Positions 48,100 through 58,153 of a stretch of 64,000 bases of DNA are shown here, in pieces. This stretch comes from Barthelona sp. PCE (taxonomy: Eukaryota). The number at the start of each line of letters is the position of its first letter. Position 1 is the stretch's first letter. The notes below the pieces were generated by a model. It had not been told where the DNA came from and did not search any database. It saw only the letters and a list, made by a program, of their open reading frames with translations. Where the stretch lies: the NCBI GenBank assembly GCA_040285745.1, contig JAUFOR010000008.1, positions 1,736,001 through 1,800,000 on the forward strand, read 5' to 3'. A program made the translations under genes and the position numbers.

Positions 48100-50511
48100 A
48101 TGACCTTTAGCTCATCATTGCATTTGTTTCTATATTTCATTCTGTTAATTACATTTTTTAACCAATGTTTGGCCGCTGTAGACATGTCTCCTGAACGGAG
48201 CAGTGACCGAAAAATCATAGATTGCTCACCTACCGAAAAAATTAGTTTAAATCCATTAAATTCACATATCACTGAAGATATGGTGTATAAGGGTGTCACA
48301 TTCCATAAAATTGAAGTTCCAGACAGTATTGTGAAAGGTGTACCTTTTTCTATTACAGCTCATTTTACTACTTCAGTTATTAACGATACTGTCTGTGGAC
48401 CGTCACATTTTTTCATTGAAGTGAACGGCAAACAGACGGAGCATCTCATCCACAACCTGTGTGACGATAACAAACAATTTCTTTCAGAATTGACTTTCAA
48501 GGAACTGATAGTTCACACCTACTGGACAACAAATATTAAAGTCACAAGTGACTATGGTAACCGTGAAGCAAGCACATGGTCTCTTCCAGGTCTAATAACA
48601 CTCATTCCACCAATTGTTCTTGTCATTGTCTCTATCAAGACCAAGATGACATTCCCGAGTATTCTACTATCGCTTTGGTTGGGTTGTACATTCATAAGAA
48701 AATTCAACCCTATAACAGGTCTTCTGGACCTAGTGGGTGATCTTTTTGTTGATGTTGCAAGTGAACGTGGCACTGCAAGTATCTTTATTTTTACATTTCT
48801 ACTCGCTGCAGTGACTGCATTCCTTGCAAGATCAAGTGGTTCGAGCGCACTGGTTGATCTGGCCAAAAGATTTGCTTCATCCCCTCGAAAGAGTATGATT
48901 ACAGCAATCGTACTCGCATTTGTTTTATTCTTCGATGACTATGCTTGCTTGATTGTAACTATTTCTGTCATGCGACCAATTTTTTCTAATATGAATATTA
49001 CAGCAGTGAAATTAGCGCATATTGCAGATGTTTCCGCTTCTACATTGTGTTCATGTATGGTTATCACAAGTTGGATCGGTTTTATGTCCAGTATCTTGGA
49101 AAGCCAGCTTTCTATCGTATATATCAAGAGCGACCCAATATCTTTCATTATTAAGAGCATTCCATTTGCGTTTTATCCACTAGTGAACTACTTTTTAATG
49201 CTGGTCACTGTTTTTTCTGGTAAAGAAATGGGAAAAATGTACTACTTTGAATCTAAAGCTAATACTATGGTCACTGAGACTGCACAAAACGATCGACAGG
49301 TTGATAAACGTGTCGTCCAGAAACTCCGTCGTAAGTTCCAGGGTATGGGCCTATCTCGTCTCATGCGTCCTGAAAAAGAAAGTGATAGCGAAAGTGATAA
49401 TGATATTGATGCTGAAGCGCTTGTTTCTGTCGCTAAAACAATATATCAGGAAATTGGAGGTGAGGACCCACATATCCAAGAACCTGACTATGATAGCGCT
49501 GATGAACTTGATAAGCATAAGATTACAAAAGTATCCCCTCTAAACGCCCTACTCCCCATTTTTGTAATTTTCATTGTCTTGGTGTCAAGTATCGTTTTCA
49601 TTGGTATCAGACGTGTCATTGTTATTAAAGATGAGTGCTACGACGACTTGAACTATTACAAAAACCTAGGTAGATTGCGCGACTATAACAGCACAAAGAC
49701 GAGGTGCGAATCTTATTCTTTAACTCCAATGGACATCCTTGAACACACAGACCCTTACGTGGCTATACTGTGGGCATCCTCAGTGGGTGTTTTAGTTGCT
49801 GCTGCTGTATGCTTCTTCAAAAAGATTTTATCGGCTGAAGAGACATTACAAACTTTTTATGGAGGTTGCAAATCTGTCATCGAGGCCATATGTTCGCTTC
49901 TTGGGGCGTTCTCATTGGGTGTAATGGTGTCCCAGCTGCAAGCTACAACCTGGCTTGCTCAAGTTATTGGCGGAACAATCCCAACATTCTTGTTACCTAT
50001 GGTAACCTTCTTCCTCGCTGCAATGTGTAATCTTGCGAGCGGCTCCACATTTTCCACTATGTCTCTCCTCTACCCTTTCGTCTTCCAAATCGCACATCAT
50101 TTGCATCTACGTGGCGAGGTAGAGATCATTTTTTCATCAGTTGGTAGTGTTGTTGCTGGTTCTTTATTCGGATCAAACCTCTCATTTGGATCTGACTGCT
50201 CTGTATTAAGCAGTATGTTAAGTGGCTGCACAGTTTTTGATCATGTTACCACTATGCTTTCATACACAATTATCAGTGGAGTTACCTCATCAATCCTCTG
50301 TGTTCTCGCAGGGCTTGGTGTCTCCCCTATTATTTGCCTTGCTTTGGGGTTCACTTCTGTATTGATCATCGTCTTGGTCTTTGGCAAATCAGTACATCGT
50401 ACAGCAAAACGTGTACGCAGAGCTTCAGAAGTCGAAGATGAGCAGAATCTTCGTATAATTCCTCGCAATCAGACTCCTGTTCTTAATGAAGAGACTCCAC
50501 TACTCAGTTAA
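48100..50511 (+). CDS. NhaC-family (IT superfamily) Na+/H+ antiporter-like transporter with signal peptide and extracellular N-domain
   Basis: Motifs LIPPIVLVIVS, LFFDDYA, KLAHIADVSA...ITSWIG, SIPFAFYP, ASGSTFSTM and GSLFG.NLS..SD..VLSS...GC...DHV.TML.Y, typical of NhaC-like proteins. Confidence 0.85.
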   Translation: MTFSSSLHLFLYFILLITFFNQCLAAVDMSPERSSDRKIIDCSPTEKISLNPLNSHITEDMVYKGVTFHKIEVPDSIVKGVPFSITAHFTTSVINDTVCGPSHFFIEVNGKQTEHLIHNLCDDNKQFLSELTFKELIVHTYWTTNIKVTSDYGNREASTWSLPGLITLIPPIVLVIVSIKTKMTFPSILLSLWLGCTFIRKFNPITGLLDLVGDLFVDVASERGTASIFIFTFLLAAVTAFLARSSGSSALVDLAKRFASSPRKSMITAIVLAFVLFFDDYACLIVTISVMRPIFSNMNITAVKLAHIADVSASTLCSCMVITSWIGFMSSILESQLSIVYIKSDPISFIIKSIPFAFYPLVNYFLMLVTVFSGKEMGKMYYFESKANTMVTETAQNDRQVDKRVVQKLRRKFQGMGLSRLMRPEKESDSESDNDIDAEALVSVAKTIYQEIGGEDPHIQEPDYDSADELDKHKITKVSPLNALLPIFVIFIVLVSSIVFIGIRRVIVIKDECYDDLNYYKNLGRLRDYNSTKTRCESYSLTPMDILEHTDPYVAILWASSVGVLVAAAVCFFKKILSAEETLQTFYGGCKSVIEAICSLLGAFSLGVMVSQLQATTWLAQVIGGTIPTFLLPMVTFFLAAMCNLASGSTFSTMSLLYPFVFQIAHHLHLRGEVEIIFSSVGSVVAGSLFGSNLSFGSDCSVLSSMLSGCTVFDHVTTMLSYTIISGVTSSILCVLAGLGVSPIICLALGFTSVLIIVLVFGKSVHRTAKRVRRASEVEDEQNLRIIPRNQTPVLNEETPLLS

Positions 50512-50513
50512 TA

Positions 50514-51569
50514 TTACTCCCTTCTTCCTCTCTCTTGTAAAGGATTACTTATTGTTGGTCCTCTTTTCCTGCAAAGACCGCAGAACCCGCCAGACTCAAC
50601 CGTTTCAAAGAGTGGTAACGGATAGTTTGGCAATGTGGGTGTGTTTTTCAATACAATGTTTTCTGCCTTTGGTGGAGTTAAAAGTTTCTGTGGGGTTGCT
50701 GTGAACGGTAATGGGATAGGTGGCAAATGACTGCTAAACTCTTTGTGCCTGATAGACGCCGTGTGTGTTGACGAGTGTGTGATAACGACATCATCGTACT
50801 TATTAAACTGCTCGATGTCTGAGGTCTTGCTGCTTGCATCAATCGATGTTGATGGTGTCAGTAGGGGTGAAGATGTGCTACGTATTGCGCGCATTGTTTG
50901 GGGTTGGTTCTTGAGAATCATGAGTCGATGCGGCTCGCTTTCACGATCACTTTGCACTGACGGCGATAGTCTGTTAGAGTCCTGATCTATATCCAAGTCA
51001 AGCTCAATATCTGAATCCATTTCCGGTATAGTAATGGATTGTGGTTGAGATGAAGCAACTGATGACACACTTACAGGAGAGTTTTCACCTATTTCATGTT
51101 GAGGAAGCAGTTTAGCTGATCGTGGTTCCGGTTCCTCATCCTTTAACTGGGTTAATGTATCGATACGATTGGCCATGAGCACAAGAGAATCCTGAAATCC
51201 ATCAAAAACAGGTTTAAGTGACTCAAAAATTCTGTCTAACAATTCTTCCTGAGACTCTGTAACGCTATCCCTAAGCTTTGAATGGCTTGATTCAAGCGCA
51301 TCAATGCGGGTTTGCATCACTGCAAGCTGCTGGCGCATAGAATCACTCGTTGAAGCAACATTTAAAAAAATTTCCTTATCACTTCGTTCTGCAGTGATTT
51401 TTGGTTTCTTGTGTAACGCTCGACGCAAGTTGCGCGTTTTTGCCGTGTCACGCGACACAGAAACAGTGCGTACACCCCTATCCAAGTTAATGGATAAAAC
51501 AGGAGGCTCTCTCCGCTTTTTCCTGCGTTTGGTCGTTGTTTTACGATTTTGGTGGTATTTAGTTGACAT
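50514..51569 (-). CDS. Hypothetical protein (basic N-terminus, coiled coil, Ser/Pro-rich tail)
   Basis: Long ORF; the probable start is ATG 51569 (MSTKYHQ). Confidence 0.7.
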   Translation of the reverse strand: MSTKYHQNRKTTTKRRKKRREPPVLSINLDRGVRTVSVSRDTAKTRNLRRALHKKPKITAERSDKEIFLNVASTSDSMRQQLAVMQTRIDALESSHSKLRDSVTESQEELLDRIFESLKPVFDGFQDSLVLMANRIDTLTQLKDEEPEPRSAKLLPQHEIGENSPVSVSSVASSQPQSITIPEMDSDIELDLDIDQDSNRLSPSVQSDRESEPHRLMILKNQPQTMRAIRSTSSPLLTPSTSIDASSKTSDIEQFNKYDDVVITHSSTHTASIRHKEFSSHLPPIPLPFTATPQKLLTPPKAENIVLKNTPTLPNYPLPLFETVESGGFCGLCRKRGPTISNPLQERGRRE

Positions 51570-51688
51570 TTCACTGTATGCGGTACCCAAAAAATGCAAA
51601 AGGAATATGCAAAGTAAAACAAACTGCTCCACCATTTAACATACTACGCAATTATTTACTGTTGAGACACGTTCCATCTTGCCCTGTA

Positions 51689-53011
51689 TCACTCCCCTGT
51701 CAACTTAATATCAGCTAGACCACATGCATAGCTGAACCACTCTGGCACCTCTGTGAAATAATGTTCCACGAACTTATTCACAAACACCTCTAGTGTCCCT
51801 GTCAAAACAGACCACCGGATTGCGTTGGTGAAGTTGTGCAAGAACTGGAAGTTGTGAATAGTCAACAAACGACAGAATGCCGATCTCTGACCTGTAGCGT
51901 TGAGTGCAATGAGGCCATTCTTTGTGTAGTTGCTGCAGCACTCACAATCACAGTTCGGATCAACAAGTTCACAGTCGGTATCATCCTGCAAAACATCCAC
52001 AAAACCACGAGAAGTGATAGCTCGACCGAAACGTGCTGTACGTGCCGGGAAAACACAGTCAAAATGATCAGCACCCATCAAGACGCATGCCAGGATATCT
52101 TCCGGATATCCAACACCCATAACATAACGAGGGCGATCGGGCGGAAGTTCCTCACATGATATGCGCACCATTCGGCAGAAGTCGGACTTCTCCTCACCGC
52201 CACTGAGCCCGCCTATGGCCCAACCCTCCAATGGGCGCTTGGCGATCTCTCTGGCTGACCACCTTCTAATCTCATCATCGAGCGCACCGTGGACTATCGC
52301 ATATAGGATAGTATCCTTCCGCTGCTTTGCTGCAATCTGCCTATCAAGCCATCTGATAGAACGTTCTGCTGCTTCCTTCACACGGTCTCTACTCTCTTCC
52401 AGTACATGCACAACATCATCCAACTGCATCATGATATCCGCGCCCAATTTCTCTTGGAGATCGACTGCGTCCTCTGGGGTCAACGTGAGGACTGCGTCTG
52501 AGTGTGTGGACTTGAATTTGACCCCCTTCTCAGTTACAATTGCCAAAGAGGAAAGAGAGACGAGCTGAAATCCTCCGCTATCCGTCAACATACACTTATT
52601 ATACTTCTCGAAGGTATGTAGGCCACCGTGATCAGCAATTGAATCGGCTCCAGGGTTCAGACTGCAATGATACGTATTTGCAAGAATCATTTGAGATCCT
52701 GTCTGCTCTAATTGCTCAGGTGTAAGACCCTTCACTGTTGCGTTCGTACCCACGGGCATGAACATTGGCGTAAGATTGGTTCCATGTGGAAGGACTACCC
52801 TTGTGAAACGAGAAAAATGATCCTGTGCAAAAACTGTACAATTCAGTGTTTCTCCATCAAATCTGTGTAATGCCCCATCCTCCAATGTGTCCATCAATTC
52901 ATCTGTGATGGTGGGAGGTACTTTAGGCCATAAAGAGCCATTATACTGAATTTCTTTCCCATGCGTACTCCCATTGTGGCATATTTGCTGTTTTGTCTCC
53001 ACTTGCTGCAT
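51689..53011 (-). CDS. QTRT1: Queuine tRNA-ribosyltransferase catalytic subunit
   Basis: Motifs TPMFMPVGT, ILANTYH, LTDSGGFQLVSL, IGGLSGGEEK, PRYVMGVGYP, FDCVFP.RTARFG and zinc site CDCECC...HN. Confidence 0.95.
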   Translation of the reverse strand: MQQVETKQQICHNGSTHGKEIQYNGSLWPKVPPTITDELMDTLEDGALHRFDGETLNCTVFAQDHFSRFTRVVLPHGTNLTPMFMPVGTNATVKGLTPEQLEQTGSQMILANTYHCSLNPGADSIADHGGLHTFEKYNKCMLTDSGGFQLVSLSSLAIVTEKGVKFKSTHSDAVLTLTPEDAVDLQEKLGADIMMQLDDVVHVLEESRDRVKEAAERSIRWLDRQIAAKQRKDTILYAIVHGALDDEIRRWSAREIAKRPLEGWAIGGLSGGEEKSDFCRMVRISCEELPPDRPRYVMGVGYPEDILACVLMGADHFDCVFPARTARFGRAITSRGFVDVLQDDTDCELVDPNCDCECCSNYTKNGLIALNATGQRSAFCRLLTIHNFQFLHNFTNAIRWSVLTGTLEVFVNKFVEHYFTEVPEWFSYACGLADIKLTGE

Positions 53012-53089
53012 CTTTGCTTTTGCAAAAAGGATGAAAATGTGTTATAAGAAATATTCCCGTTTCTTTTCACTTGTAATCTTTAAAGGAAA

Positions 53090-54451
53090 ATGAACCTGCC
53101 CCACATCCTTGAAGACGAGCGAGATTGGCTCTCAGAATTCTCCAGAATGCAGAAAATGGGCTCAGGAAGTTTTGGAACTGTTTATAGCGCACTGCATAAA
53201 GTTAGCGGGGAAACCGTTGCGTTAAAGGAGATCAACGTGTCTTCCTTCTCTGAAACTGTAATGCAAACCTTCAGAGAAGAAGTACGTATGCTTCACCAAC
53301 TTAACCATAACAATGTTGTTGGATATTTTGGTAGTTTTTTCAACGTAAAGAAGGACAAGTTATATATAGTGACTGAATACGCCGATGCTGGGTCATTAGA
53401 TGATCTGTTAAAGATATATTCATTTTCCCCTAGCGATGAGCGTGTTATAGCATTTATTGCTCGTGAATTACTGAGCGGAATAACTCATCTCCACGAGAAC
53501 AAACTCATGCACAGAGATATTAAGGGCGGTAATGTTCTTTTGTCACGAAACGGTGACGTCAAGATTTGCGATTTTGGTGTTTCAAAAATGATGGAAGCAA
53601 CAGTAGATCAGGCTCACACGTTTGTTGGAAGTATGCTGTGGATGGCCCCTGAACAAATTGGTGCTCGAATTAGCGATCACAAGGAGTACGGATTTGCCGT
53701 CGATATTTGGGCTTTTGGCATTACCCTAATTGAGCTGGCTGATGGTGTCCCACCCCATGCAAATCTTAAGACATGGGCAGTCATGAACGCAATCACAAAC
53801 GGCGACCCACCAACGGTTAAAACCCAAGGATACTCACCTCTCTTCATTGATTTCCTCTCAAAATGTCTCGTTGTTGACCCACAACAGAGATGGAAGCCCA
53901 GACAACTGCTCAGCCATCCATTTTTGAGTAACGCTTGTCCCAAACAAGTTATATTGGATCTACTGAACTTAAATATGAGTACAGTCTCAACTCACAGTAC
54001 ATTCCTACAACCAAATCTCGAGACGGTTGTTGTCAACGACTCACCGCGTGTTGAAGAGAAGAATGCGCCTGCACCTTTTAGTTCACAGTTTATATCAAGT
54101 GAAACTGTTGTTATGAACAGTGACACTGTAGTTATGGGCAATACAGAGACTGTCGTTATGGGTAATACGGAAACTGTCGTTATGGGTAAGGGTCAGGCTG
54201 CATACAACAACGATACATTTCAATTTACGAATGCTGAATCTACAGTGCAGTTGGCGAATCCAGCATTCGTAGTATCACCCAATATGATACGTAAACTCTC
54301 CCCAACACCGAGTCGGTTCCGTAAATACGATCATGTCAGCCACGATCAATTGCGGGAAACATATGTTCGCTTGATGCAAGAGGAAGAAGAGCTGAAGGAG
54401 AGGCTGAAGCAGTTGGAGGAGGAGCGTCTTTACATTGCAGGCAAAATTTAA
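53090..54451 (+). CDS. STE20/GCK-family kinase, MST/Hippo-like
   Basis: Motifs GSGSFG, VALK, EYADAGS, HRDIKGGN, DFGVS, TFVGS.LWMAPE, DIWAFGIT.IELADG.PP; C-terminal coiled coil. Confidence 0.9.
   Translation: MNLPHILEDERDWLSEFSRMQKMGSGSFGTVYSALHKVSGETVALKEINVSSFSETVMQTFREEVRMLHQLNHNNVVGYFGSFFNVKKDKLYIVTEYADAGSLDDLLKIYSFSPSDERVIAFIARELLSGITHLHENKLMHRDIKGGNVLLSRNGDVKICDFGVSKMMEATVDQAHTFVGSMLWMAPEQIGARISDHKEYGFAVDIWAFGITLIELADGVPPHANLKTWAVMNAITNGDPPTVKTQGYSPLFIDFLSKCLVVDPQQRWKPRQLLSHPFLSNACPKQVILDLLNLNMSTVSTHSTFLQPNLETVVVNDSPRVEEKNAPAPFSSQFISSETVVMNSDTVVMGNTETVVMGNTETVVMGKGQAAYNNDTFQFTNAESTVQLANPAFVVSPNMIRKLSPTPSRFRKYDHVSHDQLRETYVRLMQEEEELKERLKQLEEERLYIAGKI
54101..54187 (+). repeat. Coding tandem repeat (E/D)TVVM(G)N x4
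   Basis: Encodes ETVVMNSDTVVMGNTETVVMGNTETVVMG; units of 21-24 nt. Confidence 0.9.
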
Positions 54452-54504
54452 TAAAAAACAAAATAAATACATACAACGTTTTACATAACACTTATAAGCG
54501 CTGC

Positions 54505-55728
54505 TTACTGCCAAACCTGAGTTTGACCCATGTGAGCGTAAACACGCATGGCACCAAGAACGACAAAAGCAAAGAGCTCGGAGGTGGGGAGCTGATTAGC
54601 CTGATCGAGGAAGAACTTGAGGTTGTAACTGTAGACGGGAGAATCTGAGGGGTTCTCAGCAAAGAAGATGGACTCAAGCTTGGTGGGGCAAGGAGGGCGG
54701 GGAGCCTGCTCCATATCAGACTTCTCAAGAAGACGAGAGTAGATGATACCAAACAAAGCCATAATCTCACGGTTCTGATATCCGTTGGCCTTCTCAAGGT
54801 GACGTTGGGGTTCCTTTAAGGTGACGAGACCTTGACCACATTCCTGAACGAGCAATTGCTCAACCTGGTTCATGGCACGGAAGCCACGGAGGTTACCCTT
54901 GACGGGCATACGCTGACCACGACCGATTCTCTCGGAGAGTAAGACGCAGATAGCAACGAGGGCGCGCTTATCAAGCTGGTTCTGTTGGAACATTTGGAGG
55001 TACTGCTGGAACTGAGGGAAGATGGCGGGTTGGGGACCGTTCTCACGCATGACAGTTTGAGCAAAGAACTCTTGAGGGAGACGATAACCGGGTTGCCATT
55101 GGTTGAACTGCTGAGGAGCAGGCTGGAGCTGAGTGGGGTTTCCGAGGAAAGAGCACTGAGCGTTGACGAACTGTTGAGGAGGACGGAAAGAGATAGGGGC
55201 AGGCTGACCTTGAGGAGCAAAGAAAGGGTTGTTTGAAGGAGCAAACATATTCTGCTGAGGTTGGGGCTGCATACCAGGCATACCCATACCGGGTTGACCC
55301 ATACCAGGCTGACCCATACCCATACCGGGCTGACCCATACCAGGCTGCATTCCGGGCATACCCATACCGGGTTGACCCATGCCAGGCTGACCCATACCCA
55401 TACCGGGCTGGCCCATACCAGGCTGCATACCGGGCATACCCATGCCAGGCTGGCCCATACCCATACCGGGTTGACCCATACCCATACCAGGCTGACCCAT
55501 ACCCATACCAGGCTGACCCATACCCATACCGGGCTGGCCCATACCAGGCTGCATTCCGGGCATACCCATACCAGGCTGACCCATGCCAGGCTGGCCCATA
55601 CCCATACCGGGTTGACCCATGCCAGGCTGGCCAAAACCTTGGTTCATTTGGGGTTGACCAAAACCTTGGTTCATAGGCTGACCGTATTGTTGGGGCTGCT
55701 GACCGTACTGATTGGGTTGGTTAAACAT
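54505..55728 (-). CDS. Gln/Gly/Pro/Met-rich low-complexity protein with folded C-terminal domain
   Basis: Probable start ATG 55728 (MFNQPNQ); GQPGM repeats followed by a non-repetitive ~150-aa domain; strong C/T-ending codon bias. Confidence 0.85.
   Translation of the reverse strand: MFNQPNQYGQQPQQYGQPMNQGFGQPQMNQGFGQPGMGQPGMGMGQPGMGQPGMGMPGMQPGMGQPGMGMGQPGMGMGQPGMGMGQPGMGMGQPGMGMPGMQPGMGQPGMGMGQPGMGQPGMGMPGMQPGMGQPGMGMGQPGMGQPGMGMPGMQPQPQQNMFAPSNNPFFAPQGQPAPISFRPPQQFVNAQCSFLGNPTQLQPAPQQFNQWQPGYRLPQEFFAQTVMRENGPQPAIFPQFQQYLQMFQQNQLDKRALVAICVLLSERIGRGQRMPVKGNLRGFRAMNQVEQLLVQECGQGLVTLKEPQRHLEKANGYQNREIMALFGIIYSRLLEKSDMEQAPRPPCPTKLESIFFAENPSDSPVYSYNLKFFLDQANQLPTSELFAFVVLGAMRVYAHMGQTQVWQ
55270..55630 (-). 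repeat. Coding tandem repeat of GQPGM(GM)/MPGMQPGM units
   Basis: Repeated 15- and 21-nt units such as ATGGGTCAGCCTGGTATGGGT on the minus strand. Confidence 0.95.
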
Positions 55729-56040
55729 TGTTCTGTTATATATATTGGAATATAAAAGGAAAAGCAAGCTAAGTTGTTCTACTAATTTCTCATGCGCCAC
55801 ATGAAGCATAAACGTGCATATCTGTGCATTTACAAAGCAACATTTTCCCAAAAGGTCATAATTTGAGGTTTTAAACACAAACTAGATCCTCATTCTACAC
55901 AAGCTTTTGCTTCATCACATTGGTGATGATATGTATTTCCAAAACTCTTCCACAAACAATAAAATCATTTAAAAGCTAATAATAGCACTGCTACAAAATA
56001 TAAAAAAAAATGGTTTTTACAATAAATTATTCAGTAATAA

Positions 56041-57234
56041 TCAACACCCCAGACCTAACTTACACTTATGCTCTCGCGACCTAACATCAACAGGTAAAAT
56101 TTGACCTGTTTCTGTATTATACTGTCTCTCAAGCGGCAAAACAACTTCTGGGAGTGTGGGAAAACAGCACTTACAACAGCACTGTGGGTGCAAAACGAAG
56201 GCGTGTAACGCATCGTTGGTTAAATAAAACATAGGTGGATTATCAAACATATCAAACACATCCAATCTGGCACCATGTTGAAGCAATAATGAAATTATCG
56301 CTAGATTATCCACAATACAAGCAGCATGGAGTGGACTTTGGTATAATTCTGCCCAAATCTTATTTGGATTGGCTCCACGAGTTAGCATCATGAGACACAT
56401 AGCATATTGATCTGTTCGAACCGCTTCATGTAATGGAGAAATGCCGTATGGGTCTAATGCCTCGAAATCTGCCTTAAATTCGTCAATTAGATACTCTGCC
56501 ACTTTGACATGTCGTCCTTCAATGGCATAATGGAGTGGCATCTTATTAAACTTATCTCTGGTATTAACCAGCTCAACTACATTCTTCTTCTGGTTCATAA
56601 TCGTCGACGATAGATCCTTGAACGCCAGTGTCATGCCTTGTTCAGCCAATATATGAAGTAAATTGGCGCCTTTCTCATACTCGTAATCAATTTGAACTTT
56701 ATCTCGAAGTAGAGCGTATACATTATGACAACCTTTGTGGTACGCCATGACTATCGGGGGTATACAAAATACCGACGGTTCAAAACGTAAATGGATTCTC
56801 ACATCCTTCAAAATAACAGGTGAATCAACGTTGCATCCAGCGAAAATCAATTCCATTGCAATGTATTCGTTCCTAGTATATAATGATGCCATGAGCGGTG
56901 TGAACCCAACTACATTGTTGCTCTCTGCAAAATAATCATACCTTTTGAAATCTATGATGTGCTGCAGTTTTAGCGGTGGAAATTCTTTTACCACTCTTGA
57001 TACCATGTCTCGGTCTCCCATAAAGCAGATTTGCCAAAGGAAATTGGCCATCTGATATCGTTGCCAAACTGACAATGTTCTTGGTACATAACAAAAATGC
57101 TGTTTGGAAAATCGATACTTCCTGGCAATATACTTGTTACGACCGAACTTTAAAATGCGTTCCTTTCCCTCTTCCTCTGAATCAAATTCGTCTAATTCTG
57201 AATCTATATCCTCACTTCTTACGATCAAAGCCAT
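56041..57234 (-). CDS. Ankyrin-repeat protein
   Basis: Ankyrin motifs GFTPLMAS, NLLHILA, MPLHYAI, GISPLHEAV and QSPLHAAC; Cys cluster near the C-terminus. Confidence 0.9.
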   Translation of the reverse strand: MALIVRSEDIDSELDEFDSEEEGKERILKFGRNKYIARKYRFSKQHFCYVPRTLSVWQRYQMANFLWQICFMGDRDMVSRVVKEFPPLKLQHIIDFKRYDYFAESNNVVGFTPLMASLYTRNEYIAMELIFAGCNVDSPVILKDVRIHLRFEPSVFCIPPIVMAYHKGCHNVYALLRDKVQIDYEYEKGANLLHILAEQGMTLAFKDLSSTIMNQKKNVVELVNTRDKFNKMPLHYAIEGRHVKVAEYLIDEFKADFEALDPYGISPLHEAVRTDQYAMCLMMLTRGANPNKIWAELYQSPLHAACIVDNLAIISLLLQHGARLDVFDMFDNPPMFYLTNDALHAFVLHPQCCCKCCFPTLPEVVLPLERQYNTETGQILPVDVRSREHKCKLGLGC

Positions 57235-57523
57235 TTTTCACAATATAATATATATGTTCGCTTTAATGCGTTTACAGTGGCGTAAATCGTTTCGGAGGGA
57301 TGGAGAAGGGATAAAAACCTTAAAACAAAAATAGAAAAGTTTTTTCCTTCTAAGCTTCTCTAAAAACAATAAGTTATGGCTGTACGAAGTATTTAATCTA
57401 AAGTAAGACTCGTACTACCAAAAAAATACCGGAAATACCGAACAATGTGACTTTCACAAATACAGATTCTATATCACAACTCTTTCAAAATGATCTTATT
57501 TACACATTTGTGTTTGCTACTAC

Positions 57524-58153
57524 TCAGCAGGAGCAGCCGGGTGCTTCTTCCTCAAAATCATCGAGGGGAATAAGTGAATTTGAATGCATATCAAACGATA
57601 CAGTTTCCTCCACCTCTTCCTCGAAGTCAGCGTTGCGCTCCAGCAGTACCCGCAATAATTCTGTGAATGCCTGAATAACATTTTCTCCATTCAAAGCTGA
57701 TGTTTCAAAAAACAATGCCTGATGCTTTTCTGCAATCTCAATACCATCCCTTTGTGGTACACTACGCTTCTGTGGACTCAAATCGACCTTATTACCGCAA
57801 AACATCAGCAAAATTTCATCACCGCAATGATTGTGGACTTCACTGATCCAATAATCAAGAGAATTGTATGATTCCTCACTTGTGATGTCGTATACAAGCA
57901 GAACTGCGGCTGCACCATGAAAAAGAGAAGCATTAAGTGACCTGAATCTCTCTTGACCAGCTGAATCGAAACAATTCAGACATACCCGTTTCTCGCCAAG
58001 CTCGACAATCTTGGAGTAGTATGCAACTCCAATTGTGCTCTGCGTGTTGTGGTTGAAAGAATTGTGAACGTATCTCTCCAAAACACTTGATTTACCACAT
58101 GCAGCTTCTCCCAGAATGAGTACTTTATAAGTACAGTCGTAATCTGATGACAT
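57524..58153 (-). CDS. Rab-family small GTPase
   Basis: Motifs GEAACGKS, STIGV, FDSAGQERF, LVYDIT, GNKVD and FFETSA; C-terminal CSC prenylation motif. Confidence 0.96.
   Translation of the reverse strand: MSSDYDCTYKVLILGEAACGKSSVLERYVHNSFNHNTQSTIGVAYYSKIVELGEKRVCLNCFDSAGQERFRSLNASLFHGAAAVLLVYDITSEESYNSLDYWISEVHNHCGDEILLMFCGNKVDLSPQKRSVPQRDGIEIAEKHQALFFETSALNGENVIQAFTELLRVLLERNADFEEEVEETVSFDMHSNSLIPLDDFEEEAPGCSC

Noticed and set aside
55270-55630. CRISPR-like array
   Set aside because: Contiguous in-frame coding repeats without unique spacers; eukaryotic context and no cas genes.
54870-55755. Alternative-frame ORFs with WVWVS, THTRL and YPYQAD repeats
   Set aside because: They are shadows of the GQPGM coding repeat; only the GQPGM frame continues into unique sequence with a sensible start and stop.
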